This document shows positions 13,190-24,223 of a stretch of 64,000 nt of DNA, in pieces. Positions within the stretch are counted from its first letter, which is position 1, and every line of letters starts with the position of its first letter. The position numbers and the translations under genes were made by a program. Origin of the DNA: Takakia lepidozioides (lineage: Eukaryota; Plantae; Bryophyta); contig CM060734.1 in the NCBI GenBank assembly GCA_030704615.1, positions 48,174,001-48,238,000 of the forward strand, given 5' to 3'. The notes beneath the pieces were generated by a model, which saw only the letters and a list, made by a program, of their open reading frames with translations, did not search any database and was not told the DNA's origin.

Positions 13190-16100
13190 GAGAGTTGCTG
13201 GAAGGCAATGCCCATGCAGAGGATGTGCCACCTCCAGCAGAGCAGGATGACATGCATGGTATGGCGGAGTTGCCTGCCATGGTTGCTCACACTCCATTGT
13301 GGGGTACGAGCAAGGATTTGCAGCAGATTGCTGATCGACGGGTGCAACAAGCCTGGGTAGAGGCTTTTGTACCGTCAGGAGAGGAGGAGAGTGCGGGTAT
13401 TGCACCAGGACCACCTCAGTTGTCACCATTGGATATCACACCTATTGTGTGGCAGTATCCGGATGAAGGCATTTGCCTTCTGGACTTGTTTGGCGGGATC
13501 AGCACCGGATTGGCTGCTGTGCTACAGGCAGGTGTGCGGATAAGGCGTTACCTGTATGTGGAGAGGGATGAGACTGCACGACGCGTCTCACTGCGCCATG
13601 TTGCTCAGTTGGTACAGCAGTACCCTGCTTTGTTGCCAGTGTCTGCAGTTCGTGGATACCAACAAGCCTTGCCAGCAGACATTTCGTTGCTGGGGGCGCC
13701 GGATTTGGAGCAGGTTGGCTCCATTGATCTGGTAGTGGCAGGTTGGCCCTGCCAAGGGCATTCATCAGCCGGGCATGGCAATGGATTGCGAGACTCGAGG
13801 ACGAGTCTGTTTTGGGAGATGGTGCAGATTTTGCGCCACTTGCAGCTTCATCAAGCTGTATCGCCAGCATACATCTTGGAGAATGTGCCACTGATGGGCG
13901 ATTCTCGGGCCAGGGTGATGGCCAGTGTGCATCAAGTCCGGTCGTGGCTTGGGTTAGCAGTGCTGCTGGATGCAGCTACAGTGGGATCACGGACTCATCG
14001 TCCACGGCTATGGTGGACTAACTTGATGCCACCCGCACTGCTCAAGCGTGCATTTGATGGGGTGCAGCGGCCAATACACCTCATAGTGGACAACATTTTG
14101 GACACAGGGAGGCAGTCTCAACGTGTGAGACACAATGACCGTTCGCCTTTGGCAGTGGTCAACAGGGTGGGTCAACCACGAGCAGCATTACCTACACTGC
14201 TCAGCTTCCCAGGATCCCATGCTTTTCGGGATGGTGGACCTGGCCTCCTGTGGGATGCTCAGTTGCAATAGTAAGTGGAGCCTAATGCCGACAAGCGAGA
14301 GCGGGCTATGGGATTTTCCACTGGAACCACGGCGGTGCCTTCTCTTTCTGAGGCATCACGTCGTCAGGTGTTGGGGCAAGCAATGGATCTCAATTGCTTG
14401 ACCTGGATTATCAGCTTGGCTATGGCTGAGCAACGTAGAGTGCGGAGTGCACTTCCTTTGACGGTCTCTCTGCCTACCGAGACGGTACAGGCAGCAAGTG
14501 GGGGCGAGCCGGTGAGGACCACGGGTGTAGACATCCATGGCACACGTGGGAGGTGCTCGAGGTTCAGAGGGAGTTGGCAGCCAAGGCAGCTGTGATGGAT
14601 GAGGTTGGGGATTCTTCTCGGGATGAGGAGGTTCTCAATGATGAGACGATGGGGCAGGATGAGGCCTTGTCATTGACTGAGCAGGAAGGGAGTACTGCTC
14701 AAGAGGTTGCAGCATAGCAACCACGGGACGCGTCTTGTACCTCTAAGCCCACTGGACTTAAGGTTGCAGTTACGGAGGACAATTGGGAACCTGACATTGG
14801 ACCCATTGTCACCGGAGGAGAGAGACGACATATACGGCGGTTCCTGAGGGCTTACAGGAATTGCTTTGCCTTCAGTTTGAAGGACTTGGGAGCACTAAAG
14901 GGTCAAGAGATCCGTATTGAGTTGGCCACTGACACGCCAATCTTTCGGAGACCCTATAGATACAGTGACATGGAGAGGTCTTTGATTTAGATGAGGACTC
15001 AAGATCTTTGGGAGGCAGGTTTGGTGGAGCACTCTGGTGGAGAGTATGCTTCAGCCACAGTGATGCCAGCCAAGAAAGATGTCTATGGTAATTGGACGGA
15101 GAGACGTATGTGCGGTGATTACCGGCCTGTAAATCGTTAGACCAAGTCCGATAGGTATGCCATGCCGGCACCAGAGGAGATCTTTGATGCCATTGGGCAT
15201 TCCAAGGTCTTTAGCACGTTGGATTTACGATCCGGATATCACCAGTTGCCGATCAAGGAGGCGGATAAGCAAAAAACGGCATTCTGGGGGATCAATGAGC
15301 ACGGGAAGGATTGCCTATACCAATGGCGGTTCTTACCATTTGGGCTTAAAAACGCTCCCGCTGAGTTTCAAAGAATCATGGACAGGATTCTAGCAGGGGT
15401 GGAGTTTGCTCGGTGCTACATAGATGACATCATCATCTTTAGTGCTACGGTGGAGGAGCATGAGAGACACCTTCAGGGGGTATTTGAGCGCTTGAGGGCG
15501 CACGGATTGAAGTTACATCCGGGAAAGTGCAAGTTTTTCCACAACCAGATTGAGTATCTGGGTCACATGATATATCCTGGAGGATTGGGGGTACAGCAGA
15601 CTAAGGTAGAGTCCATTGCACAGGTTCCACGCCCCACAGATGTGAGCCGAGTTCGAGCTTTCATGGGGTTAGCAAACTATTACAGACGGTTTGTTAAGGG
15701 ATTTAGTGCCATTGCAAAGGCTCTAACCAAGCTGACCAAGGTGGACCAGGAGTGGCAGTGGGAAGATGAGCAAGAACAAGCTTTTCAAGAGCTCAAGGCG
15801 AGGTTGACCTCGGCGCCCATCTTGAGACGACCTATCAGGGGGCGTCCTTTTTAGCTGCATACATATTGGAGCATGCTGGGGCTTGGAGCGGTGCTCACAC
15901 AGGTGGATGATGAGGGAAGAGAGTTTGTAGTGGCTTATGCTAGCCGCTCGAACAATGCTGCAGAGTCTAAGTATAGCTCATATGAGGGCGAATGCTTAGC
16001 TGCAGTGTGGGCCGTGGCACACTTCAGGTGCTATCTATACGGCAATTTCTTCACCCTTGTCACGGATCACCAACCACTCAAGTGGTTGATGGAGTCAGAC

Positions 16101-17335
16101 AAGCTTACGGGGAAGCTTGCACGGTAGGCACTCATCCTTCAAGAGTATGACTTTCAGGTGGTGCATCGACCGGGTTTGGTCAATTGCAATGCAGATGGGT
16201 TGAGTCGCAATCCATGCACGAGCCAGCAGGATGACACTGGAGCTCGGTGGCATGGTGAGACGGACGAGGAGATGGTGCCTGGATGGCATGCATCTGCATT
16301 TCTGTGTATCTTGGCAGCGGAAGGCCAGGTTGGACCTGCAACAGGGATGACTGTAGATCAAGTGTCTGAGGACCCTGAGGCCAGCAATGAGCAAGGTGGC
16401 GCCAAAGATATACATGAGGATTCAGTTGTGTTGGACTACCTCCGCACTGGAGACACGGCAACCACTGTGACTGCCAAGGAGAGGGATCGGATCCTACAAC
16501 GAGCCAAGAGGTTCAAGTGGGAGGGGACACACCTGCTCCAAGTGTGGGAGGATGGTCGAGTGAGGATTGTGCCTCACCCAACACAGCGGGCACGGTTAGT
16601 GCGCCATGCCCATGAGGAGTTGGGGCATTTTGGGGTGCGACGCACTCATAGTCTACTGCAGGGGCAGTATTGGTGGCGTGGTATGCACACAGAGGTGCAA
16701 CAATTTGTGGCTAGGTGCATGGTGTGTGACAGGGTGCGTGCTTCATTCAACGCCCCTACTCCACAATTGCACCCTCTTCCGATCATGGGATTGGGCTACA
16801 GGTGGAGTCTTGACTTCGCAGGGCCGTTGCCACTGACCATGCGCCACAACAAGTACGTGTTGGTGATGGTGGAGCACTTCTCCAAGTGGATTGAATTGGT
16901 TCCATTGCCTGATAAGGCTAGTGAGGGAGCTGCGTATGCATTCTTGGATTGTGTGCTTAGCCGATTCGGTGCTCCAGCTGAGGTACTCACGGACCAAGGG
17001 AGTGAGTTCTTGGGGGAGTTTCAAGCTTTGTGTGACAAGGCCTTGATAGACCACCGCACCACTTCTCGGGATCATCCTGAGGCCGATGGCTTGGCAGAGA
17101 GAGTTGTTCAGACAGTAAAGAGGGGTTTGCGCAAGTATGGCAGAAGGGACACCTAGGAGATTGAGACCTTCAGTTACCTTGGTTAGCCATGGGCTACAGG
17201 TTCAGCAAACAAGCATCACTTGCCTCCTTCTCACCATACTTTCTTCTCTTTGGCCGAGAGCCGGATTTGCCTACATCCATTCGCAGAGAAGCTGCTACAG
17301 TTCTTAACCTTGACGATCCGGACGTGTGGGCACGT
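13190..17335 (+). mobile_element. Ty3/gypsy copy 2: C5-DNA methyltransferase, linker, RT, RNase H, integrase; truncated at both ends, with a 3'UTR remnant at 20943-20994
   Basis: Collinear with copy 1. 20943-20994 matches the reverse complement of ~4278-4329. Confidence 0.93.
13195..14430 (+). CDS. Retrotransposon-borne C5-cytosine DNA methyltransferase domain (DNMT3-like), with stops at 14269-14274
   Basis: Motif I LLDLFGGIS, motif IV DLVVAGWPCQ, motif VI ILENV, motif VIII RPRLWWTN, motifs IX/X ERAMGF..RRQVLGQAM. Confidence 0.9.
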
Positions 17336-17877
17336 GTCCCGTTCTTTGCGAGGGCCGACTTCATGACGAGCCCGGTGAGGGACTACTCCCTTCCTAGTTA
17401 TGCAGCCAAATACAGCGATTAGAAGAAGTGAGAATCCCAGTAAAGTAGAGCAGATTTTGGAGAGGGCTAGGGAGGACAGAAGGATAAGGAAAGAGTTGGC
17501 AGCAGCTCAGACAGGTAGACGGGTACGAAAGTACATATGTGATTCAGCGGATGAGAGCGACGCAGACAGGGAGGAAGACGACCCAACGGAGGTGAGATGG
17601 ACAGTTCCGCAAGGGGAAGATGGGATTTTCGAAAGCCTGGCCAACGAGCAGTCCGCTGGAGATGAGAAAGGCACTGAGGGGGTGGAGGCGGAGCAGGACA
17701 GTCTAGAACAGGATGAGGATTCGGATGATTTTCAAGATTAATAGAATTTTAATGAAGTCTCTGTAAATGTAAATTCTCTTCCAGAGTATATAAAGGAAAT
17801 TCTGCCAGACATTCGTGACCCCTCTCCAGTGTGCATTCCAGCCACACAATCGCTCAAACCACGACGCTCCCAAAATC

Positions 17878-18615
17878 AGAAATGGGGCACCGCATTTCCA
17901 AAATTTTGGCAACTCTAAGAACCTCTTTTGGAAATGCGGCACCGCATTTCCAAAACAGGGGAGGGACTAAATTTTCCATTTCAATGTTGGCATAGTAAAA
18001 AGTAATCGGCCGATTGGAAATGCGGTGCCGCATTTCCAAAATTTCCTTTGTCCACACGCCAGTTTTGGCCTCTCCCGCTCATTGCATGGATGCCACCACG
18101 CTTACAGAGGTCGAACACGGAGGTCGAACAAGGAGGTCGAGATGGCGGAATTGAAAATGCGGTGCCGCATTTCCATATTGGGGATGGTCGTTGTTCGAAC
18201 TGCAGGCCCATCAGCAAAAATTGGCACCGCATTCCATTGTAAAAAAAAAGTCGATGACGGACATGGAAATGCGGCGCCGCATTTCCAGAACGGACATCGC
18301 AATTTGTCCATTTGCAGACCCTCTCACGGAAATGCGGTAACGCATTCCATCACGCTGGTCGGAAATAGTTGCACTTTTCGAAGTGTTGGACGGAAATGCG
18401 GCACCGCATTCCCTTGTCCAAAAAGAAGTTTCCATTGCCAAGCTGGAAATGCGTCGCCGCATTTGCAATGCCAACCTCGTTGTCTGTCCAATTTATAGAC
18501 CCGTGTTGGTATTTCGTGTACCTGGACGGAAATGATGCACCGCATTTCCTTGTCCCACATGGAAATGCGGTGCCGCATTTCGATGCCGACATGGAAATGC
18601 GGTGCCGCATTTCAA
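17878..18615. repeat. Array of ~13 GGAAATGCGGYRCCGCATTTCC palindromes with non-repetitive spacers
   Basis: Read directly; equivalent to 44383-45171. Confidence 0.9.
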
Positions 18616-18870
18616 TGTCCGACATGGCGTTACTCTGGTATATTCTTGACACATGACTCACATACCGGTTACTCTGCTATATTCATCCGGACAGACACAT
18701 TGTAGAAATGAGACATCAAATTGTAAACAGTGGGCCAATTCCGATAGTTATTCAACACAATGAAACACAATCATACAGAAGTGAGGTACGATGGGTTTAT
18801 TGATCGGACACGATGTCTCACATTTACCAACTGCAGACAAAACTAAGCCCTTCCTCCTTCTACATGGGCT

Positions 18871-19449
18871 TCACCAAGTCGACGGAACTTCGATACCCCT
18901 CAAAACAAGCTCATCACTGCTGCGGCACCTCGAGGTAAACTGCAATTCGGTCGTTCTGCTGCCCTTGCTGGAGCCGACGACAATGTCATGTCCATCAATG
19001 ATACCACCATCATACATTGACAAGGTCACTGTGGGCCTCATGTGCCCGTGCGATTCGTCTTCGCAACTCAGCCGAATGTCTCCATACACTGGAAGAGCGG
19101 AGTGATCTGCACGTATATAGTTTTCCCCGGTGCCGTCCTCCCTGGTCCACTGGCAGCAGTTCCAGCGCCAAAGCGAGGCCGTGCGTGATCTGTCCGACAT
19201 CCCTTTCCAGCTTGGTATATCGAGGTCAACAATTTTCAGGACCCACGGACCGCATTGACCCTCGCCCTCACCTCGCTCAAAGCGGTAATAGCCCTCCAGA
19301 TACTCCATTGCGCGCAAAGACTCTTGCTTGATTCCAGCAGCGTCTGTGAAAACAGAGAGCCAGACAATGATGTCTCCTGATTCTGGTTTGAACATAGCAT
19401 AATCGTGGCCATGATAAGGGCAGTCGGCTGGATTTCGGCGGCACGGCAT
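18871..19449 (-). CDS. Orphan ORF-Y (~192 aa), paralog of ORF-X
   Basis: Intact in both B copies. ATG lies in a CAAGGATG context shared with ORF-X. Shared blocks: DYAM, SGDI, RWNCC.WT, YGDIR, DGG.I.G.DIVV, ELVLR..EVP. Confidence 0.7.
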   Translation of the reverse strand: MPCRRNPADCPYHGHDYAMFKPESGDIIVWLSVFTDAAGIKQESLRAMEYLEGYYRFERGEGEGQCGPWVLKIVDLDIPSWKGMSDRSRTASLWRWNCCQWTREDGTGENYIRADHSALPVYGDIRLSCEDESHGHMRPTVTLSMYDGGIIDGHDIVVGSSKGSRTTELQFTSRCRSSDELVLRGIEVPSTW

Positions 19450-20004
19450 CCTTGAAAAAGAGTAGCGGAGTACGCTCAATGACAGCAGCTCCCGGATGGA
19501 GGAGGAGCAGCGCGGTGGCTGGAAAAAGTTCAAGCTAACGCTGCAATTCCTCACAAACACTCCAGGGCACATTTAAATTTCCCCCCTACAGGATCCTGGA
19601 CCGATGAAGATTGGCTGCTTCATGAATGTAGCCGTTTCAGTTTCCTACCCTGCCATGCAAACTATGGGCACTCACTGCTAGGTGGGCCGATAGCCACTGG
19701 ACACGACGAAGTCCATCCCCTCTTCGATGTAAATGCGGCGCCGAATTTCCATCCGGGGGGATGGACTTCGGTGGCAGATCTCAAACTATAACTTGTTGAT
19801 GAGAAAGATGTATGGGTTCATCCACCGCCGGCGTGATGAACACGTTCCACCTCCGTCGGTGGGTACGTGGGACCCAGATGCTCCATTATTGGAGGCCGGA
19901 CTGCTCTTCCGCTTCGCATCATAACAAAATCTAGGGGCTTCGTAGCTGTCCGCAAGGTCATTGTCATCTGCATCCAAGTCGTCCTCAGGTTCTCCTTTGC
20001 AAGG

Positions 20005-20568
20005 ATGCCGTGCTTCCGGAACCGGGACAACTGCCCATTTGGAGGCATCGATTATGCAATGTATTCGGCCACATCGGGAGACATTGTTATCTGGTACACA
20101 GATTACACAGAAGATGCTGGTTCGATTGTGGAAACATTGGTGGCTTTTGAGTATATCGTAGGCCACTACGCCTTCGAGCGGGGTGACGATCTTGGTCTGA
20201 GGAGTCCGTGGCTCCTGCGCATCCTCGATTCCGATTTTCCCAGCTATGACGGTCACCCATGCAGAAGAAGGCGCACTGCTATGCTGTTGCGGTGGAACTG
20301 CTGCCACTGGACGTGGGTGGACTCCATCGGAGAGACCTATTCTCCTCAAGGAGTGCGCTCCTCTTCTCCATTGTATGGGGACATTCGCATTGGTGTGGAC
20401 GACGAAAACGTGAAGATTTCCATATTCGATGGTGGTATGATTGAAGGGCAGGACATTGTGGTGAACATCACTAGGGGCGGTACAACGGCTGCAATCGACT
20501 TTACATGGAGGAGCCCCATGACTCATGAGCTAGTTCTGAGAGCAGTCGAAGTCCCATTGACAACGTGA
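20005..20568 (+). CDS. Orphan ORF-X (~187 aa)
   Basis: Intact; divergent from and homologous to ORF-Y. Confidence 0.7.
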   Translation: MPCFRNRDNCPFGGIDYAMYSATSGDIVIWYTDYTEDAGSIVETLVAFEYIVGHYAFERGDDLGLRSPWLLRILDSDFPSYDGHPCRRRRTAMLLRWNCCHWTWVDSIGETYSPQGVRSSSPLYGDIRIGVDDENVKISIFDGGMIEGQDIVVNITRGGTTAAIDFTWRSPMTHELVLRAVEVPLTT

Positions 20569-22494
20569 CTTGTATTCAGTAGGCACAGGGCTAAAGATTT
20601 GATTGCACAATCAGCACAGTGGACGTGCTTCAAATGCAATTCATGTTTATCAATAAAAACCTCATTGTGCCCTCTTTTTATTCTATTCTGTGTCCATCGT
20701 TCCGAGAGCAGTACCACCCTACCATTCGCGAAACATTGCCTTTCAATATATAATTCTAAATAACATTGCCGAACCTCCTTCATCGGGAGGTCCTTCTCCC
20801 CCTATGACCGTGGCACCCTAAACCCTATTCCCGCGGACACTCATTTCCGGAAAATAGTGCTGCTCATGTTTTTTTCCACACTTACGACTCTGCTCATGGC
20901 TCATGCCGCTCATGGCTCATGGCTCATGAAATAGCAGCCCCCGCTACTCTTGTACCCGGCCTCTTGGTCAATAGAGTTTGAGTACAATAGGGACCAGACA
21001 TAGGCATCCTGGAACAAAGTTAAAAACAATAATGTAGAGTATCAGCGGAATTAGGGAAGTGAGACAGAGATAGCGATGTATACAATATTTATAGAATTGT
21101 ACTCATGGTATGTTCCCAGTCAAGGTGTAATGTCCATGCAGCTTGGTGGTATGAAGTGTGTTACCCCATTGCTGATCTATTACTACCGTTGTCCTGCCGG
21201 TCACACTGTAAGGCATGCCTGGAGGGTAAAGACTGTGCTGGATGAGAGAAATTATGTAAAATCCTGAATTGTCTTTGTCACGGTTTTACCAGTCTTGGGG
21301 CCTTTGCATAACAACGTCGGAGCCTGTATTGACTTCTGTGCAGCAATTGAGTTGATTAAGCACTTGCGGGCCATGGGGGAAGTCAACGCTGCTCGTCAGA
21401 GGAGTTTGGTATAATTCAACCTACATCATTTTTCTTTGTTACCTAGTGTTTAGGGCACCAAGGACACATTAGGGGCTCCTGGCCCAAACCTGCTCAGCAT
21501 TGACGGCAATGGCATGGCTCAGAGTACCCATTCATTTTCTATCCTCTAATCCTCGAGACACTGGTTTTCTGGAAAGCTGTCTTAATCTATTGAGTGCAAC
21601 AGATAGCAGTGCCTAGAGGAGGGAGCTGCCTGCACATGACAACATGACAATTGCTACAGCAAAGGTAATAGCTCTTTAAATGGGAAATTCAGTTGTAAAT
21701 CTGAACATGTTTTTGCCCTACATATTGCCACTTGCTTGTGGCTTGCTGCTTGCCTGAGTGTGAGACTGCCTCTGGTTGGAATTCAGGGGGGGACTTCGAA
21801 TTGCAGGTCGGTGGAGGTCTGCCCAGCCCTCGAGGCTACAACAGCCCAGCCCTCGGGTTTTACCAGTCTTGTATTTGATTGGTGATGTGAGGTGATGTGA
21901 GGTCATGTAATGTTGCATTTGATTGGTGGCTGGCAGGGCTTTCTTAAGTTCAGCACACTTCAGGAGTGGATTGTTTATCAGCCATTCAGAATTGTGGCCT
22001 ATGGTACGTGATATTGCAGAATTTTGAACAGAATTGATTGGTGAGGACCAGCAGGAGAGTGCTGGCGATATATCATGATTGAGGAACATCTGATCTGGTT
22101 ACTCTCTACCTCAAGGTGGCGCTCTACTTTTCTTGACTGGAATTGCTTAGCTTGGGAGGGATATACTGATATACTTGGTGATTGGCGCGCACAGGTGGCC
22201 ATCAGGGTCGGGAGCCAGTGTATGAGCAGTTAGATTTTTTGTTCAGCTTTCACGGTGCTTCCTGACCAGCTTAGTGGGCTGGTTGAATGGACTTGTTTTG
22301 ATTTGTGTTTTTCGGATAATTGTTTCAGAAGTGGTGCAAGGGAAAGCAGAAGGAGAAGGTAAACAACTTAGTGTTGTTCGATCAAGGCACTTACAACAAG
22401 CTGCTGAGTGAAGTGCCCAAATACAAGCTCATTACCCCTTCAGTGTTGTCCGACCATCTTGGGTACTAACTCTCTGAATATGACATGTGGATAG

Positions 22495-22652
22495 GTGATA
22501 GTGAGCCAGTGGTTGCATTTGTCCAGTATAGATTTTTAGTGGAGCATGACTTGCCAGCTCTGTACATTTATGAGCTGTAGCTGGAGCAATGCGTTCAAGG
22601 AAAGGGGCTTGGCAAATTCCTGATGCAGTTCCTTGAATTGATTGCACGAAAG
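22495..22652 (+). pseudogene. NAA40: Single exon of an N-alpha-acetyltransferase 40 (NatD)-like GNAT with an in-frame TAG
   Basis: An ag|...|gt-bounded exon translates VVAFVQYRFLVEHDLPALYIYEL*LEQCVQGKGLGKFLMQFLELIARK (GNAT QGKGLG motif in a NAA40-like context). Confidence 0.7.
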
Positions 22653-23958
22653 GTGTATCTCTTTCCTTATTTTGTCCTGGGAGCATAAGTGTAAACTAGA
22701 TATGTTAATTTCAGCTCATGCTCTGTTATAGGTCAGTCATTCTCTTTGCCAACATCGAGATGTGATAAGTGGTCCCTACAATCAAGAATGGCTTTGGTGT
22801 TGATTGTGTGTTGATTTAGTCGTACAATTTCATCTACCAGTCTATCCTGAATGAATCATTTAGTTGGAGGACTCGTAGATAATCAAGATGATTTCTATGG
22901 TGTGATGACATCACAAGAACCATGGGGGGGACTGTGCAGCAGGAGACCATTCAAAGGCTGCTACCTGCAACCATAAGCTGCTGCTATGAGTGAGAAGCAT
23001 TCAAGTTGTCCGTCTGCCAAGGCTGCAGTGAGTAGCTTGCGAAGACCTTTTCACATATTTCCCACCAGGTGCTGGGACAGGTGCTACAGCAAACAACGTT
23101 GTATATGTTGCTGGCCCTGATATCAGAACATGGTGCCATCAATCTTAGTAATGCAAAAAGCTGAATATAAGAGCTCATCTGGGGAGGACCTCATCTGGTA
23201 CTTCGGGCCGGATGACATTTGTACAGAATGTAGAAAAGAATGTAGAAATGACATGGTTCTGTTTGCACATTTGAAGTGAAGTTTGGGACCTTGAACCGAG
23301 AAAGAGGTACTGGTCAAAATCAATTCTGACCTGCATTGCTCAAATTTGCAGTTGGGATATCGGATGGGAAGTGGAACTTTTGCAGGTCAAAATTGCTGAA
23401 GCCACACCTTGAGCAATGCCATTCGAGGCTGTGGTTGACAGAGATCTGCCTTTCATGGACACCTGTTCTGTATGATAGCAAGTGCACTCATCCCTGTAAA
23501 ATGTACCACCATTGGTATCTCCATGGAAAGGAGGGATCAGCTGAGCTCAGGTGCTGGATAACAACTTGTTTCCCCACTTGGCTGGCCCTTCATGAACTTA
23601 TGTTAAAATTAACCGGGAATGGATTGGGAAAACTTCTTATGCTGGTTTGTCCTTGATTCATGCAAACCAGAAATTATATGCTAACCCCTGATACAAGAAA
23701 AAGGAGACATATAAGGTGCCAAAGTCCTGAACCCCTCACACCAAAGTAGCCAAAGATAGAACCAAAATCACTTGGCTCCTTAGCAAAGTGTTGTAGATGC
23801 ATATGGCCTTATCTCTGAATTAAAGTTAAATCAAATAAATCGATACTTGAATCAGATAACAGAAGCCACACTTTATGAAGTGTTGTCGCAGGTCATATAC
23901 CAAATCCAGACGTGCGATCAGCATCTGAACTTCAGGCAATTCCTAATACCCTCACAGA

Positions 23959-24223
23959 CTTTTGTAAAATTGGAGCACTCCATTAGTCAGACAATACCAA
24001 GGAATTAACAAATGGGATACTGGCTTTTGTAAAATTGGGGCACTCCATTAGTCAGACAATACCAAGGAATTAACAAACGGGATACTGGCTTTTGTAAAAT
24101 TGGGGCACTCCATTAGTCAGACAATACCAAGGAATTAACAAACGGGATACTAGCTTTTGTAAAATTGGAGCACTCCATTAGTCAGACAATACCAAGGAAT
24201 TAATAAACATGATACTAGCTTTT
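23959..24223. repeat. Tandem repeat, 4 x 65 bp
   Basis: Unit CTTTTGTAAAATTGGRGCACTCCATTAGTCAGACAATACC... starts at 23959, 24024, 24089 and 24154. Confidence 0.95.

Larger units (their letters stand above)
17335..20942 (-). mobile_element. Inverted partial copy of the left 3.6 kb of element B (TIR, orphan ORF pair, palindrome array, last exon of the ParB-MTase gene)
   Basis: Near-identical reverse complement of ~41967-45722. Ends in CTCATGAAATAGCAGCCCCC at 20942. Confidence 0.92.

Noticed and set aside
1-20942. One large inverted segmental duplication of 29-56 kb
   Set aside because: Only TE parts match, their order is not collinear and the PPR leaders are much more diverged than the transposases. 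Independent insertions explain it better.
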